Positions 21,348-31,856 of a stretch of DNA of 64,000 nucleotides are shown in pieces. The stretch spans positions 128,001 to 192,000 of the forward strand of contig CAVZDU010000003.1 in assembly GCA_963774265.1 (NCBI GenBank), given 5' to 3'. How positions within the stretch are numbered: position 1 is the stretch's first letter; every line of letters starts with the position of its first letter. The position numbers and the translations under genes are program-made. The notes below the pieces were generated by a model. The model was given only the letters and a program-made list of their open reading frames with translations. It had not been told where the DNA came from and ran no database searches. The stretch is from an uncultured Chloroflexia bacterium (GTDB taxonomy: Bacteria; Chloroflexota; Anaerolineae; CG2-30-64-16).

Positions 21348-24079
21348 ATGAAGGTGTCCACACCCGGGCTCAGCGGGAGCCGTTCGTTCGTCTCTTCATT
21401 ATAGAAGCCGATCCTGAGCTGGTACGTGCCCTCAGGAAGGTCGCTGGGCAGGCTGATCTGATGGGTGTCAACAATCACCTCCCCGGCCTGCCAGGTCGGT
21501 GTCAGGGCTGCGCCGCCCTGCGGATACCCGTCGCCCTGCGCCTGCATCGTCCCCATCGCATCGGCGAGATGGATGAAGATTTTCCAATTGCCCGCGGTCG
21601 GCCGGTCAGCGCGCCAGATGAGCGTCACCGGAATGGTCTCCCCCGCCTTCGCTGTCTGGGGCGCTGCGACGCGCGCCAGCTGGATGCCCTCCTGCCATTC
21701 AACCTCCGCCGCCTCACCGATGTTTGGCATCGCGAACAGCCGCTCTCGATCCTTGACGACGAGCAGGCCCAGCGCCAGGCTCAGCATGCTTTCCGGCGCG
21801 CCGGCGCGCTTCAGCGTCAAGGACGCAGCGTATTCGCCCGGCGCCAGCGTGCCGGGCAACCTGAATTCCGGCTGTACCCGCACGATCCTGCCCGGCATCC
21901 ACTGATCGCTCGGGTGCCAGGCCGGTCCCAACGGCTGCGTCAACGACCATACTTGCCCATCGCGTGCGAGCTCGAGGCGTGCCTCCAGCAACGGCTGCGG
22001 CGTGTGCACCTGCCACTGCATCGGAAGAGAAACCGGACTTCCTACGGGCGCCGGCCCCTGGGGTGGGGTAAAGCTGATCAGCGTCAAGCCGCCATCCGTC
22101 GTCTGCATGCCTGACTGCTGGGCGAGAGGCGCCTCGGGCCCGGTCTCATCAGTAGGTGGCGTCACGCGGACACCCATTAGCCGATAGGTGCTCTGCTGCA
22201 CCTCATCCGTTCCCGTGCGTGCCAGCATCGACTGACCATGGGGCGTCAGCCAGGCCAACTGCAATTCGTACCGGCCGGGGGGGGTATCGAGCGGTATGTA
22301 GAAACCCTGCCGCTCCTGACCCGGCTTTGTGTACCAGTCCGCCGGACTACAAGCGCCGTTGCACGGAGCAGCGACTCGGGCGGCCCAGGTCTCGCCATCT
22401 TCACCCACCAACGTCAAGCTGATCAACGAGGAAGGTTTTTCCGCTGCGGCCTGCTCGGTTTGGTCCGGCGGAGTCAACTTCTGCCATTCGAACTGCAGCC
22501 TGAGCGCGTCGCCAGCAGCAACTTCCGCGCCGGAAGTCCACCAACGCACCAACCGGATATCGTCGCCCCACGTTACGCCGCTGCTGTGCTCGACCATGGG
22601 ACGAGCTGCGAAGTAGCGCCCCACTCCCCGGCTACCGGTGAACCATACCCTCTCGCCCGGGAATCCTGCCCGGTCGAACCCTGCTACCACGGTCTCAGGC
22701 TTCAGCTTGGACGGATACACAACAAGCCAGACGGACCTTGTGCTGCCGAGGATCCTTCGCGCGTGCTCCTCAGCAGCTGCTTCGGTGATCGGTTCATCGC
22801 CCGTGGGGATGAACTCCGTCGCTAGTTGTCTTGAATCGTAGTACAGGTCCAGGTACTTATCCCAGGGATCGGTATAGATAACCGGCTCACCCTCGCGCGC
22901 CCGTGCCATGATGTATCCCATCGGAGGGCTGAAAGGCCGATACCCGCCCTGGCCTTGTGCGATGGATGCCTGACCATCCATGAGTACCAGCAAGACCGCC
23001 AGCACTGCGCCAAGTACGCGGGAACGGCGCCAGCATGCGGCAAGGCCCAATACCACGGCCAAAACAAAAAAGCCCAGTAACGCCGAGAAGTACCGCTGCT
23101 TGACGATGATAAACACGAACGAGGCTGCCAGTGGGGGGATAAATACCAGCAACGCCAGGAGCCGCTGAAGCGTACGCCGCTGCCACAACCGAGGCTGACC
23201 CATCGCCAGGATTCCGACAATCACCAGCAGCCAGCGCAAGCCAGCTAATGTGACCAGCAGCGGCGTCGCGCCGTCATCCGCGGCGCCGGACAGTGGCCAA
23301 CCGAAATAAAGACCTACCAGGCGGCCGGGTGACCATGGCACACGCAGATCGGCAAGCAACTGCAGAACGCTGCCTCGCGGTCCGGGCGTTGTCACGATCC
23401 ATAACAGCGGCAATCCCAGCAACACCAGCAGCACCAGGGCGAAAGGCGCCACCCGGCGGCCCATGGCTCTCCGTTGCACCACAGCGAAGACCGCCAAGGC
23501 CAGCAGCACAAAGGCAGCGAGATAGTTGAAAGTGAGCGCGGTCAAGGCGGCAGCCCCAAAGAGCAACCAGCGAAGCGCGCGGCCATCCTGAAGCGCCCGA
23601 TCGAACAAGTACACCATTAGCAGAACCGCTGCGCCATACCAGGTGTACATACGGGCGTCGCGACTGAGTGTCACCGCGAGCGGCTGTATACAGAACAGCA
23701 GCCCAACCAGCGCGCTCATGCGGTGGCCAAACCACCGCCGCACCAACATGATGACCAGCGCCACGCAGAGCGTGCCACCGATCGCACTGAAGAGTCGCAG
23801 TGCCGTCTCGCCTGAACCTGCGAGCTGCATCCAGAAGTGGAGGAGCAAGTAATAGCCGGGGGGATGCTCCAGTATGTTCTGCGCACTGTATGCGATGACT
23901 TCTAGCGGAGGGCGGTTTGCGACAAAGAAGCTGATTGCCTCGTCCAGCCACAAATCATAGGTTCCCAGGCGCCAGACGCGCAGCCAGAATGCCACCAAGA
24001 GGGTAGCGACCATGGCGGCCATGAAGCCGAGGCGCGTGTCCAACAAGGTGAGTGGGCGTGTCAACGGGTTACCGGTCAT
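21314..24079 (-). CDS. GT39/PMT-like GT-C glycosyltransferase with tandem C-terminal beta-sandwich modules
   Basis: LWLDEAIS, HPPGYYLLLHFW, SRDARMY, and about three repeats of the C-terminal module. The start is uncertain because the ORF is open to 24397. Confidence 0.8.
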   Translation of the reverse strand: MTGNPLTRPLTLLDTRLGFMAAMVATLLVAFWLRVWRLGTYDLWLDEAISFFVANRPPLEVIAYSAQNILEHPPGYYLLLHFWMQLAGSGETALRLFSAIGGTLCVALVIMLVRRWFGHRMSALVGLLFCIQPLAVTLSRDARMYTWYGAAVLLMVYLFDRALQDGRALRWLLFGAAALTALTFNYLAAFVLLALAVFAVVQRRAMGRRVAPFALVLLVLLGLPLLWIVTTPGPRGSVLQLLADLRVPWSPGRLVGLYFGWPLSGAADDGATPLLVTLAGLRWLLVIVGILAMGQPRLWQRRTLQRLLALLVFIPPLAASFVFIIVKQRYFSALLGFFVLAVVLGLAACWRRSRVLGAVLAVLLVLMDGQASIAQGQGGYRPFSPPMGYIMARAREGEPVIYTDPWDKYLDLYYDSRQLATEFIPTGDEPITEAAAEEHARRILGSTRSVWLVVYPSKLKPETVVAGFDRAGFPGERVWFTGSRGVGRYFAARPMVEHSSGVTWGDDIRLVRWWTSGAEVAAGDALRLQFEWQKLTPPDQTEQAAAEKPSSLISLTLVGEDGETWAARVAAPCNGACSPADWYTKPGQERQGFYIPLDTPPGRYELQLAWLTPHGQSMLARTGTDEVQQSTYRLMGVRVTPPTDETGPEAPLAQQSGMQTTDGGLTLISFTPPQGPAPVGSPVSLPMQWQVHTPQPLLEARLELARDGQVWSLTQPLGPAWHPSDQWMPGRIVRVQPEFRLPGTLAPGEYAASLTLKRAGAPESMLSLALGLLVVKDRERLFAMPNIGEAAEVEWQEGIQLARVAAPQTAKAGETIPVTLIWRADRPTAGNWKIFIHLADAMGTMQAQGDGYPQGGAALTPTWQAGEVIVDTHQISLPSDLPEGTYQLRIGFYNEETNERLPLSPGVDTFIWPKSITITRP

Positions 24080-24293
24080 GGACCGCACGTCTGGAAAGTT
24101 GGCGGATCCGTTGGTGACTTTCAGAGGACCGCCTTGCGGAATGATGGCCATCTCAGCGCCTGGGTGAGTCATTACATACGATATCATTTTAGCGCCGCGC
24201 GGCGAAATGCGCGAATTGTCGCGACCTCTCAGCGTCAGGGCAAGGGCGTTCAGGCGCAAGGCGGAGAATCTGGCGGCAACGTTCATGGCCGTT

Positions 24294-27218
24294 TCATTCT
24301 CCCACCGCGAGCTCGACGGGCAAGCGCAACAGGTCATCGGTCGCAGGTTCACCCCGTGCATCACGCGCGGGGATCCGCTGCAGGGTGAGCGGATCATACC
24401 AGCCCGTCGCGAGGGGATAGCGTCCCGCCGGCAGGTCTGCAGGCATCATAAGCTCGACCCGATCGATCAGCACCTCGCCTGAAATCCAAGAGGCCGCGGG
24501 GCAGGCTGCGTCGGGCTGGGGAGCCTCCTGTCCGGCGCAAGGCACGCCAGCGCGCTGGGTCACAGGCCTGCCATCAGGACCGAGCACATGCACAAAACGG
24601 GCCAAATCGGTCACCGGCGGATGAACCACAGTCCATGCGAGCGTCACCGTGACAACCTGTCCAGGCTTGACGACAACTGAAGGCGGAGCGTCGATGCCTT
24701 GCAGCTCGACAGCCTCACCAAAGGAAGCTCGCACGGACTGGGTCAACGAAGGCAGTTGGAATGTGTGGCGCCGGCCGCTCACCTGTACCGGACCAAGCTC
24801 GACCTGATCTCCTTGCTGCAAGTCTTTCAGCCACAACACGTGTTTACCCGTCGGGGTGTCCGGCGGAATGCGTACGTCGGCGTAGGTATGAACTACGCTG
24901 GCGGGCGCGAGATCTGCCGGAACCTGCGTTTCTGCACCGGCAGCCGTTTCACCCAGGGTGAGACGGAACGGACGCGCAGTCGCAGACGGCTCCTCCACCC
25001 TCCAATAAAGCCGAGTGGAGAATACCTGACCCGGCGCCAGGAGGGCAGGCGGCTCATCCGCACCGAGCAAGGTGACGCCTGAAGAGAATGTGAAGTTGAG
25101 CGGATATGGGATCTCCGGCACCGGTTGCGTCAGTGCGGAGCTAATGGTCGGCTGCGCAACGCGTGTCATGAAGGGGGTGCAGCCAACGCAGGTGGTATCC
25201 GGCGGATCCGCAGGCCGGCCCGCGAGCAGAATCGGTGCTTGGGTCTGCATGTCATACACGCGGGCAGCCAGCGTGACGGGACCGGGTGGCTGCGTGGCAG
25301 AAACGGGTAGTAAATAGTAGGTTTGCAGGGCGTCGCCAGGCTGCCAGGGTTTGCGGCGGTCAGCCAGGTCCATCAGCGGCGTTTCGGCGCTTGCCAGACG
25401 ATGACCCGCCGCGTCGAGCAGATCGACGGCGGTGCGCCACTCGGGCTGAGTTGCCTCGAGACGCCAGGTGAGGACTATCCACAGCGACGTGCCGGCTGCA
25501 ACGGACGGGCTGCTGCGGTCGGCGTTTGGATGGGCCGCGCCCCAATGAGCCGCCACCAGGGTCAGGCCGGGCTCGAAGGACGCGCTCAGCGCCTCGGTCT
25601 GTCCTGGCGCGTTGAATTGCGGCGTTTCGCCCAGGCGGTAGGATTGGAGATCGAAACCCCGGAACGAACGCGTATCCAGCAAGCTCCCCTCACGGGCGAG
25701 GTAGTACGGGACGAGCTGCTTCGGATCGGCGTCCTGGTTCGCCCCTTCCCCCCATACGACAGCGATCACCTGCTGGTGCGCAGCCTGGCCGAAACGGGCG
25801 TCAAGCCACGACGTGACGTTCGGCTCACCGGCAGGAAGCTGGAATATGGGCGCGCCGGCGAAAGCGTAGTCCAGTTGCTTGCCGTATTCCGGATTCAGCG
25901 GGACAACGCCCACGACATCGGGCGTCCTGCTGATTTCTTGTCCAATTGCCCACAGATCCTGCTGGTAGAAAGTGTACAGGTCGGTCTCGCGCGCCCAGCG
26001 GATGAAATATGCCTGGGCAGTGTGCGCCGTTTCGAAAACGAGCAGCCCCGCCAGGAGCACAGCCAGCAGCGGGGTCACCCACGTCCGGCGACGGCGGTGC
26101 AGAACCTGGACGAGAAATCCGATGGGGAGGGCGGCGATGAGCATAACCGCGGGCAACGCGCCGAACAAGCGCGGATAGTGAGGGGTGCTGCTGCGCGATA
26201 ACGCGGCTGGAATGCACAGCAGCACCCACCACGCGAGGGCGGTCATCGCGCCCTGGTCGCGCCGGCGGAAAATCGCCAGGAATCCTGTCACGAGTCCCAA
26301 CGCGAAAAGCGCGACCGCGACCGGTGTGAACGATGGTTGATCGGGCAGGTTGTGGCGGGCGATGGGGTCGCCGATGATCCCAAAGAAGGCTTTGAGGGTT
26401 CCCTCAACCGACCAGGTCCACGGATCCGGCTGTGCGGCGACGCCCTGGACCGCATCGAATGTGTTGATGCGGCTGAAGAAGTCGGCGGGATGCAGCGCGA
26501 AATGGGCGCCCAAGGGGAGGCCGACCGCGAGGAAGGCAACCAGGACGATCCACAGGGTTGGGCGGAGCGCGGCCCGCTTCATCCGGGGCAGCAGCAGGTA
26601 CAGCACCAACCAGAGCAGAGGCGTGATACGGGCTGCCAGGTACGTGTAAAGCGTCAATCCTGCAACGATGCCGAAGGTGAGCGCGCGGCCTCTGGCGGGC
26701 CGGCGCGTGTAGTTGAGCCAGGTGAGCACCGCGACGGTGAGCAGCAGGGGGAATGCGTTGACCTGGAAACCGATCCGGCTGATGCTCTGCGCCCAGAAGT
26801 TCGTGCCCCAGAGGATTGCCGCGGTGAGGCCTGCCCACGCACCGGCTTTGGCGTCGGGCGCAAACAGGGCGCGGCCAGTCGCGTAGAGCACCGGAATCAT
26901 CAGTGTGCTGAGTAATGCGCCTGTCAGCCGTACGGCGAAAGGTGAGCCGAACCACGCCGCAACGAAGGGTGCAGCCAAATAGATGTACAGGGGCTCCTTG
27001 CCGAGGGCGCTGGGATAGAAGATACGAAGCCGGCCGGCGAGCAGTTCAGCCGCATCAAGCCCTTGCGTCGCCTCATCCCACCAGAGGCCGGGGGGAATCG
27101 TGTTCAGGCGCCAAACACGAAAACCCAGCACCATGGCGGTCAGCAAGAGCACAAGGATGGGGAGAATGGTGCGCCGGACAAAAGGTGGCCGAGATTGGGA
27201 CGCATGAATCAGGTGCAT
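24294..27218 (-). CDS. ArnT/GT39-like GT-C glycosyltransferase with tandem C-terminal modules
   Basis: IPPGLWWDEATQG, GKEPLYIY, LTLYTYLAAR, RHNLPDQP, and repeated C-terminal modules. TATAAT lies 7 nt before ATG 27218. Confidence 0.8.
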   Translation of the reverse strand: MHLIHASQSRPPFVRRTILPILVLLLTAMVLGFRVWRLNTIPPGLWWDEATQGLDAAELLAGRLRIFYPSALGKEPLYIYLAAPFVAAWFGSPFAVRLTGALLSTLMIPVLYATGRALFAPDAKAGAWAGLTAAILWGTNFWAQSISRIGFQVNAFPLLLTVAVLTWLNYTRRPARGRALTFGIVAGLTLYTYLAARITPLLWLVLYLLLPRMKRAALRPTLWIVLVAFLAVGLPLGAHFALHPADFFSRINTFDAVQGVAAQPDPWTWSVEGTLKAFFGIIGDPIARHNLPDQPSFTPVAVALFALGLVTGFLAIFRRRDQGAMTALAWWVLLCIPAALSRSSTPHYPRLFGALPAVMLIAALPIGFLVQVLHRRRRTWVTPLLAVLLAGLLVFETAHTAQAYFIRWARETDLYTFYQQDLWAIGQEISRTPDVVGVVPLNPEYGKQLDYAFAGAPIFQLPAGEPNVTSWLDARFGQAAHQQVIAVVWGEGANQDADPKQLVPYYLAREGSLLDTRSFRGFDLQSYRLGETPQFNAPGQTEALSASFEPGLTLVAAHWGAAHPNADRSSPSVAAGTSLWIVLTWRLEATQPEWRTAVDLLDAAGHRLASAETPLMDLADRRKPWQPGDALQTYYLLPVSATQPPGPVTLAARVYDMQTQAPILLAGRPADPPDTTCVGCTPFMTRVAQPTISSALTQPVPEIPYPLNFTFSSGVTLLGADEPPALLAPGQVFSTRLYWRVEEPSATARPFRLTLGETAAGAETQVPADLAPASVVHTYADVRIPPDTPTGKHVLWLKDLQQGDQVELGPVQVSGRRHTFQLPSLTQSVRASFGEAVELQGIDAPPSVVVKPGQVVTVTLAWTVVHPPVTDLARFVHVLGPDGRPVTQRAGVPCAGQEAPQPDAACPAASWISGEVLIDRVELMMPADLPAGRYPLATGWYDPLTLQRIPARDARGEPATDDLLRLPVELAVGE

Positions 27219-27279
27219 CCAATTTATTATAACCGAACTGGCCGAGGCAGCCAAGACATCGAAATCGTTCCGAATTGTG

Positions 27280-29424
27280 CTACGGTGGGGTGTTGAAGAC
27301 AGGCTGAACGTCGATATCACCGAGCTGAATGGTGTCTCCTTTCAAGCGTTTGTCCGCCAGTCGCAGCGCGAGTCGTTGCCCTGTGGTCGCATCATACATC
27401 CCGGTGAAAAGGTGATAGGTCCCGGGCGGGATGTCTTCCCCCAACTCCAGCGTAATCCAGTCAAGCACCACCTCACCAGGCTGCCACTCGGTCATAGGAT
27501 ATGCTCCGTACATTGGAGCGCTATCATATTGCTCCATCAAGTTTCCGCTGTCATCCAGGAGATGGACGAAGACTTTGTAGGTGCGGGCCTGTGGAAGCAG
27601 TGCCTTCCAGTAGAGTCGTATCTCGAGATCTGTGCCCGGCTGGAGGTCGCCCTGTTGTACTTCTCGGCCGATCAAGGCCAGGTCATCACCCAACCGGACA
27701 TCGAGCGGATGGGCGGTCGCGGGTAATGCAAAGACCCGCGGAGTGGGTTCCAGAGCGTAGGCCAGGCTGACGGGCCTGCCGTCCCGTTGGAAATAGGTTT
27801 GTCTTAGAACCGGCGTCAGGCGTTGACGATACGCCACCCGGCTGAACTTCTCCCAGTGACCCAGGAACGCTGTATACTCCGGTGCGTGGAACAGATAGAG
27901 TGCTGGCCCTTGTTCAATCACTTGGCCGATAGTCCTCTCGAACCCCTCGTCGGGTTGCGAGGTATAGGTGAACCACTCTGCCGGGTTGACGCGGCCATCT
28001 GTGAGCAGCTGGATATTTCGGGCGAAACCCCAGTCCAGCGCGACAACAGGTGGTGTGCCCTCCTGATCCAGATCGCGCGCCAGGTCGTAAATCGCATCGG
28101 AAAACGCGCCATTCCCCCCGCTCTGCCACAGTGTCCGATGATAGCTGGCGGTCGTCCATGCTTCCGCGCCAACCAGGATGATCGCAAGTAGCCCAACCAG
28201 GCCATAAGACAACCGGCGGCCAACTGGCAGCGCCCATGCTTCGCGAACCAGGTCGGACAGGCCAAACACCGTCACCGCCACGATCGCTTGCGGGATTGGC
28301 CAGGTGATCAGCAGGTGATCGGCTCCCTGTCCCATCGTCGTCAAAGCGCTTTCAACCACGATGCTGATCAGCAGAATCGCCAGTAAAGCCACCCGCTTGG
28401 TGCTGTAGGTGAATCGTCGGCGCGCCACGAGAATCAGGATCGTACCGGCCGCCAGGACGAAGGCAGGCACGGCAATTGGGTTTGCGTGAGGCGCACCCAG
28501 GCGGGACGCGAACCAGGTGCCTCTGAGAAGGTTGCCGAAATCGCGGATGATGACCGCGGGCAGGCGGACCAGAAAATCCAGTTGGCCGAATTGGGATGCC
28601 TCGCCCGGCAATACATCCCCCAGCACAAAACTGAACGTGCTCCACCCGCGCAGATTGTATAGTATTAGTGGCGCGGTTGAAACCAGCAGAGCGATCCCAC
28701 CAAGCAGCCAGGTGCGGGGTCTCTGGCCCCCGGGCGGCAACAGCCATCCCTGCCAACCAGGGGGCGGGCGCAACCGAGACCTGAGGATCAAAAAGCCCAG
28801 ACCTAGTCCGATCCAGAACCACAAGAACAGCAGCTTGGTCGTTAGACCAAGCCCCAGGCAGAGGATGGCCAGGATCAACGGCGCCGTGGACCCGCGCCGA
28901 TACCAGCGGTACAGCGCCCACAAGGCCGCGATTGCCAATGGCAGCATGGGGAGGGAGACGAACGCACCCATGCGCGTCCAGAAAATGAATGTTGGGTTGA
29001 CGGCCAGGAGCAACGCAGTTATCGCTGCAGCGCGCTCGTCAAGGTACTCGCGGAGGAAGCCCCAGCTTAGCAGCAGCGCGGCCAGCCCGAGGGTCCAGTT
29101 GACCAATCGCAGCACGCTGACGCTCACCCCGAAAACCGCGAACGCGGCCATCGAGAGATATGTTGTGGTGCTGCCAACGTAACGCATCAGCATCAATGGC
29201 CAGTCGCGACCGAGCAAACGCAGTGTGGCTTCTGTGTTGAGCGGCAGCCCGCGCAGAAATTGCATCGCGGGAACCGCGTCCAATGCTTCATCGTAATAGA
29301 GGCCTGGAAGATTGAGATTGGAGAGACCCGCGATCGCGTAGAGCCCAAGAGCCAGGCAAAACACTCCCAACCATGGCCCGGATTTGAGCCCTGGGGATTT
29401 CGGTGGATGCGAATCTAGCGTCAC
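27280..29424 (-). CDS. ArnT-like GT-C glycosyltransferase
   Basis: LPGLYYDEALD, PLMLMRYVGS, ALDWGFARNI and YKVFVHLLD...YPMTEWQPGEVV. Probable GTG start at 29424 with a GAGGT RBS; the ORF is open to 29634. Confidence 0.8.
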   Translation of the reverse strand: MTLDSHPPKSPGLKSGPWLGVFCLALGLYAIAGLSNLNLPGLYYDEALDAVPAMQFLRGLPLNTEATLRLLGRDWPLMLMRYVGSTTTYLSMAAFAVFGVSVSVLRLVNWTLGLAALLLSWGFLREYLDERAAAITALLLAVNPTFIFWTRMGAFVSLPMLPLAIAALWALYRWYRRGSTAPLILAILCLGLGLTTKLLFLWFWIGLGLGFLILRSRLRPPPGWQGWLLPPGGQRPRTWLLGGIALLVSTAPLILYNLRGWSTFSFVLGDVLPGEASQFGQLDFLVRLPAVIIRDFGNLLRGTWFASRLGAPHANPIAVPAFVLAAGTILILVARRRFTYSTKRVALLAILLISIVVESALTTMGQGADHLLITWPIPQAIVAVTVFGLSDLVREAWALPVGRRLSYGLVGLLAIILVGAEAWTTASYHRTLWQSGGNGAFSDAIYDLARDLDQEGTPPVVALDWGFARNIQLLTDGRVNPAEWFTYTSQPDEGFERTIGQVIEQGPALYLFHAPEYTAFLGHWEKFSRVAYRQRLTPVLRQTYFQRDGRPVSLAYALEPTPRVFALPATAHPLDVRLGDDLALIGREVQQGDLQPGTDLEIRLYWKALLPQARTYKVFVHLLDDSGNLMEQYDSAPMYGAYPMTEWQPGEVVLDWITLELGEDIPPGTYHLFTGMYDATTGQRLALRLADKRLKGDTIQLGDIDVQPVFNTPP

Positions 29425-29709
29425 GGGATCAACCTCGCAAACATCTACTTCCGAAATCGCAAGGGGAGCCGCGCGGATTATAGCATCCCAGAAATGCTCG
29501 GACAAACGCTGGATTCGTTGCTCTCCGATTGACCGTTTTGACGCTCCCCTTGCATTATGAGGAACGGCCATGACGGTATACAATTTGCTTTCGGCGCATT
29601 CGAGCGCCAGCCCAGACGCGGACTTCACCATCACGGTTGAGCCGTTGGAACCACTCGTGGCAATTCGCTATGGAGTGATCTGGAGTACCGCTGAAGTAAG
29701 GGCCGAACC

Positions 29710-30453
29710 ATGACCCCACCACCTGATAGCCCGTTAACCGAGAAACTCGCTCTGACCGTCATTCTGCCTACTTATAATGAGCGAGAGAATGCACCCGTAC
29801 TGATTGGCGATATCTTGCGGTCCGTACGCAGTCCGGTCCAGATGCTGGTTGTTGACGACAACTCTCCTGACGGCACATGGCAGGTCGTGGAGCAGCTTGC
29901 TGCCGAGGATGGGCGGGTCCGTCTGCTGCGCCGCACGGACGAGCGCGGATTGACCTCGGCAATCTGGGCCGGCATTTGCGCGGCCGACACGGGGGCGGTA
30001 TCCTGGATGGATGTTGATCTGGCGATGCCCGCAGATGTCATCCCGCGGCTACTTGAGCGACTGGAGGCGGGGGCGGATATCGCGGTTGGGTCTCGCTACG
30101 TTCCAGGCGGCAGCGACCCGGGGCACAGCGCCATGGCGCGCGCGTTCTCACGGGTGATCAACGCGTTCGCTGCCGTGATGTTGAGGGCTGGAGTGCGCGA
30201 TTATACGAGCGGCTTCATCGCTGCCCGGCGAACAGTCTTCGATCGCATCAAGCTGCAAGGGGACTACGGGGAATACTGCATCGATTTGCTCGCCCGCGCG
30301 GCACGGGCGGGCATGCGTATCGAGGAAGTGCCCTATACCTGCGGGGCGCGTTTCAGCGGCGAGTCCAAAACAGGTGCAAGTTTCACCGATTATCTGCGCC
30401 GGGGCATGGGATATGTGATGACCGTACTCCGGCTGGCTGCAAGAAGGAGTTGA
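29710..30453 (+). CDS. Polyprenol-phosphate sugar synthase (Dol-P-Man synthase-like GT2)
   Basis: ILPTYNEREN, VVDDNSPDGT, MDVDL, GSRYVPGG, DYTSGF and GESK motifs. Confidence 0.9.
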   Translation: MTPPPDSPLTEKLALTVILPTYNERENAPVLIGDILRSVRSPVQMLVVDDNSPDGTWQVVEQLAAEDGRVRLLRRTDERGLTSAIWAGICAADTGAVSWMDVDLAMPADVIPRLLERLEAGADIAVGSRYVPGGSDPGHSAMARAFSRVINAFAAVMLRAGVRDYTSGFIAARRTVFDRIKLQGDYGEYCIDLLARAARAGMRIEEVPYTCGARFSGESKTGASFTDYLRRGMGYVMTVLRLAARRS

Positions 30454-30459
30454 TTGAGA

Positions 30460-31695
30460 ATGCTCAAGCCACGTGAACTGACGCTGGAGGAACTCGGCGA
30501 TCTGGCCGAGATCATTCCGGGTCCCGAGCCTATCCTGGAGGTTGCGCTCTATCCCATCCCTCAATTCGAGCCTACCCCGCGACGCGAGATCATACGAGTG
30601 TGCGAGCCCACCTTGCGCGGCAACGAGCTGGCCTACATCACCGATGCCGTCCAGACGAACTGGATCTCTTCCGGGGGCAAATACATCCCTCGCTTTGAGG
30701 CGCTCTTTGCCGAAAAGATGGGCACGCGCTTCGGCATCGCCTGCATGAACGGCACGGTCGCGCTGCACTTGGCGTTGGCCACCCTGGGCCTGGAGCCGGG
30801 CGATGAAGTGATCATTCCGACCTTCACGATGATCGCAACCGCCAACGCTGTCACCTATCTGAACGCGGTGCCGGTGCTCGTGGACAGCGAGATGGCCACC
30901 TGGAACATGGACCCGGAGCAGATCGAGGCCAAGATCACCCCGCGCACGCGGGCGATCTCCGTGGTTCACACCTACGGCCACCCGGTGGACATGGATGCCG
31001 TGAATGAAATTGCGGCCCGGCACGGCCTTTTTGTCCTGGAAGATGCAGCCGAAGCGCACGGCGCAGTCTACAAGGACCGGCCTGTCGGCAGCCTGGGGGA
31101 TGCGGCCTGTTTCAGTTTCTATGGCAACAAGATCATCACCACCGGTGAGGGCGGCATGATCACCACCAACCGGGAAGATGTCGCGCGGCTCGCCTGGAAC
31201 TTGCGGGATCATGCATTCAGCACTGACCGCCACTTCTGGCATAAGTTCGTCGGTTTCAACTATCGTATGACGAACCTGCAGGCTGCCATCGGCCTGGCTC
31301 AGACCGAGCAGCTGGAGACGTTCGTTGCTGCCCGGCGCGCGCACGCTGCGCAGTATACGCGGCTGCTCAAGCAAATCCCGGGAATCGTCACACCGCCTGA
31401 GGCATCCTGGGCGCGCAACGTTTACTGGATGTATGGCATTTTGCTGGACAAAGAATTCGGCCTGTCACGCGATGAGCTCCGGGCCCGGCTGGCGCGGCGG
31501 GGCATCGAGACACGCACCTTCTTCATTCCCATGCATTGCCAGCCGGTTTACTTTGACCAGTATCGCGGCCAACGCTATCCCGTGGCAGAGGATCTTTGCC
31601 GCCGGGGTCTCTATCTCCCGTCGGCATCGAGCCTGACCTCGGATGACATCGAAGTGGTGGTTGAGTCGATTAACGAAAGCCTGACTCAGTCGTAA
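30460..31695 (+). CDS. per: DegT/DnrJ/EryC1/StrS aminotransferase, perosamine synthetase-like
   Basis: WISSGGKYI, NGTVALHLAL, EDAAEAHGA, FSFYGNKIITTGEGG, GFNYRMTNLQAAIG and GIETRTFF. gmd is in the same locus. Confidence 0.8.
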   Translation: MLKPRELTLEELGDLAEIIPGPEPILEVALYPIPQFEPTPRREIIRVCEPTLRGNELAYITDAVQTNWISSGGKYIPRFEALFAEKMGTRFGIACMNGTVALHLALATLGLEPGDEVIIPTFTMIATANAVTYLNAVPVLVDSEMATWNMDPEQIEAKITPRTRAISVVHTYGHPVDMDAVNEIAARHGLFVLEDAAEAHGAVYKDRPVGSLGDAACFSFYGNKIITTGEGGMITTNREDVARLAWNLRDHAFSTDRHFWHKFVGFNYRMTNLQAAIGLAQTEQLETFVAARRAHAAQYTRLLKQIPGIVTPPEASWARNVYWMYGILLDKEFGLSRDELRARLARRGIETRTFFIPMHCQPVYFDQYRGQRYPVAEDLCRRGLYLPSASSLTSDDIEVVVESINESLTQS

Positions 31696-31856
31696 GGGAC
31701 ACAGAGGGCACGGAGACGCACAAAGGAAAGGCCAGGAACCTTGTAAGCCTTCGTGCCCTGGATCCTTTGCGGTGGACAAACGCGTCTTTAGCCCGGGACG
31801 CGGCCGTTTGAGGCTCGGCGCTTGTCCGGCTCCCGGTAAGTCGCTATAATCTCCTC

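Noticed and set aside
25165-25200. DTTCVGCTPF insertion as another REP or a metal-binding motif
   Set aside because: Single occurrence with no palindrome or matching repeat in the window.
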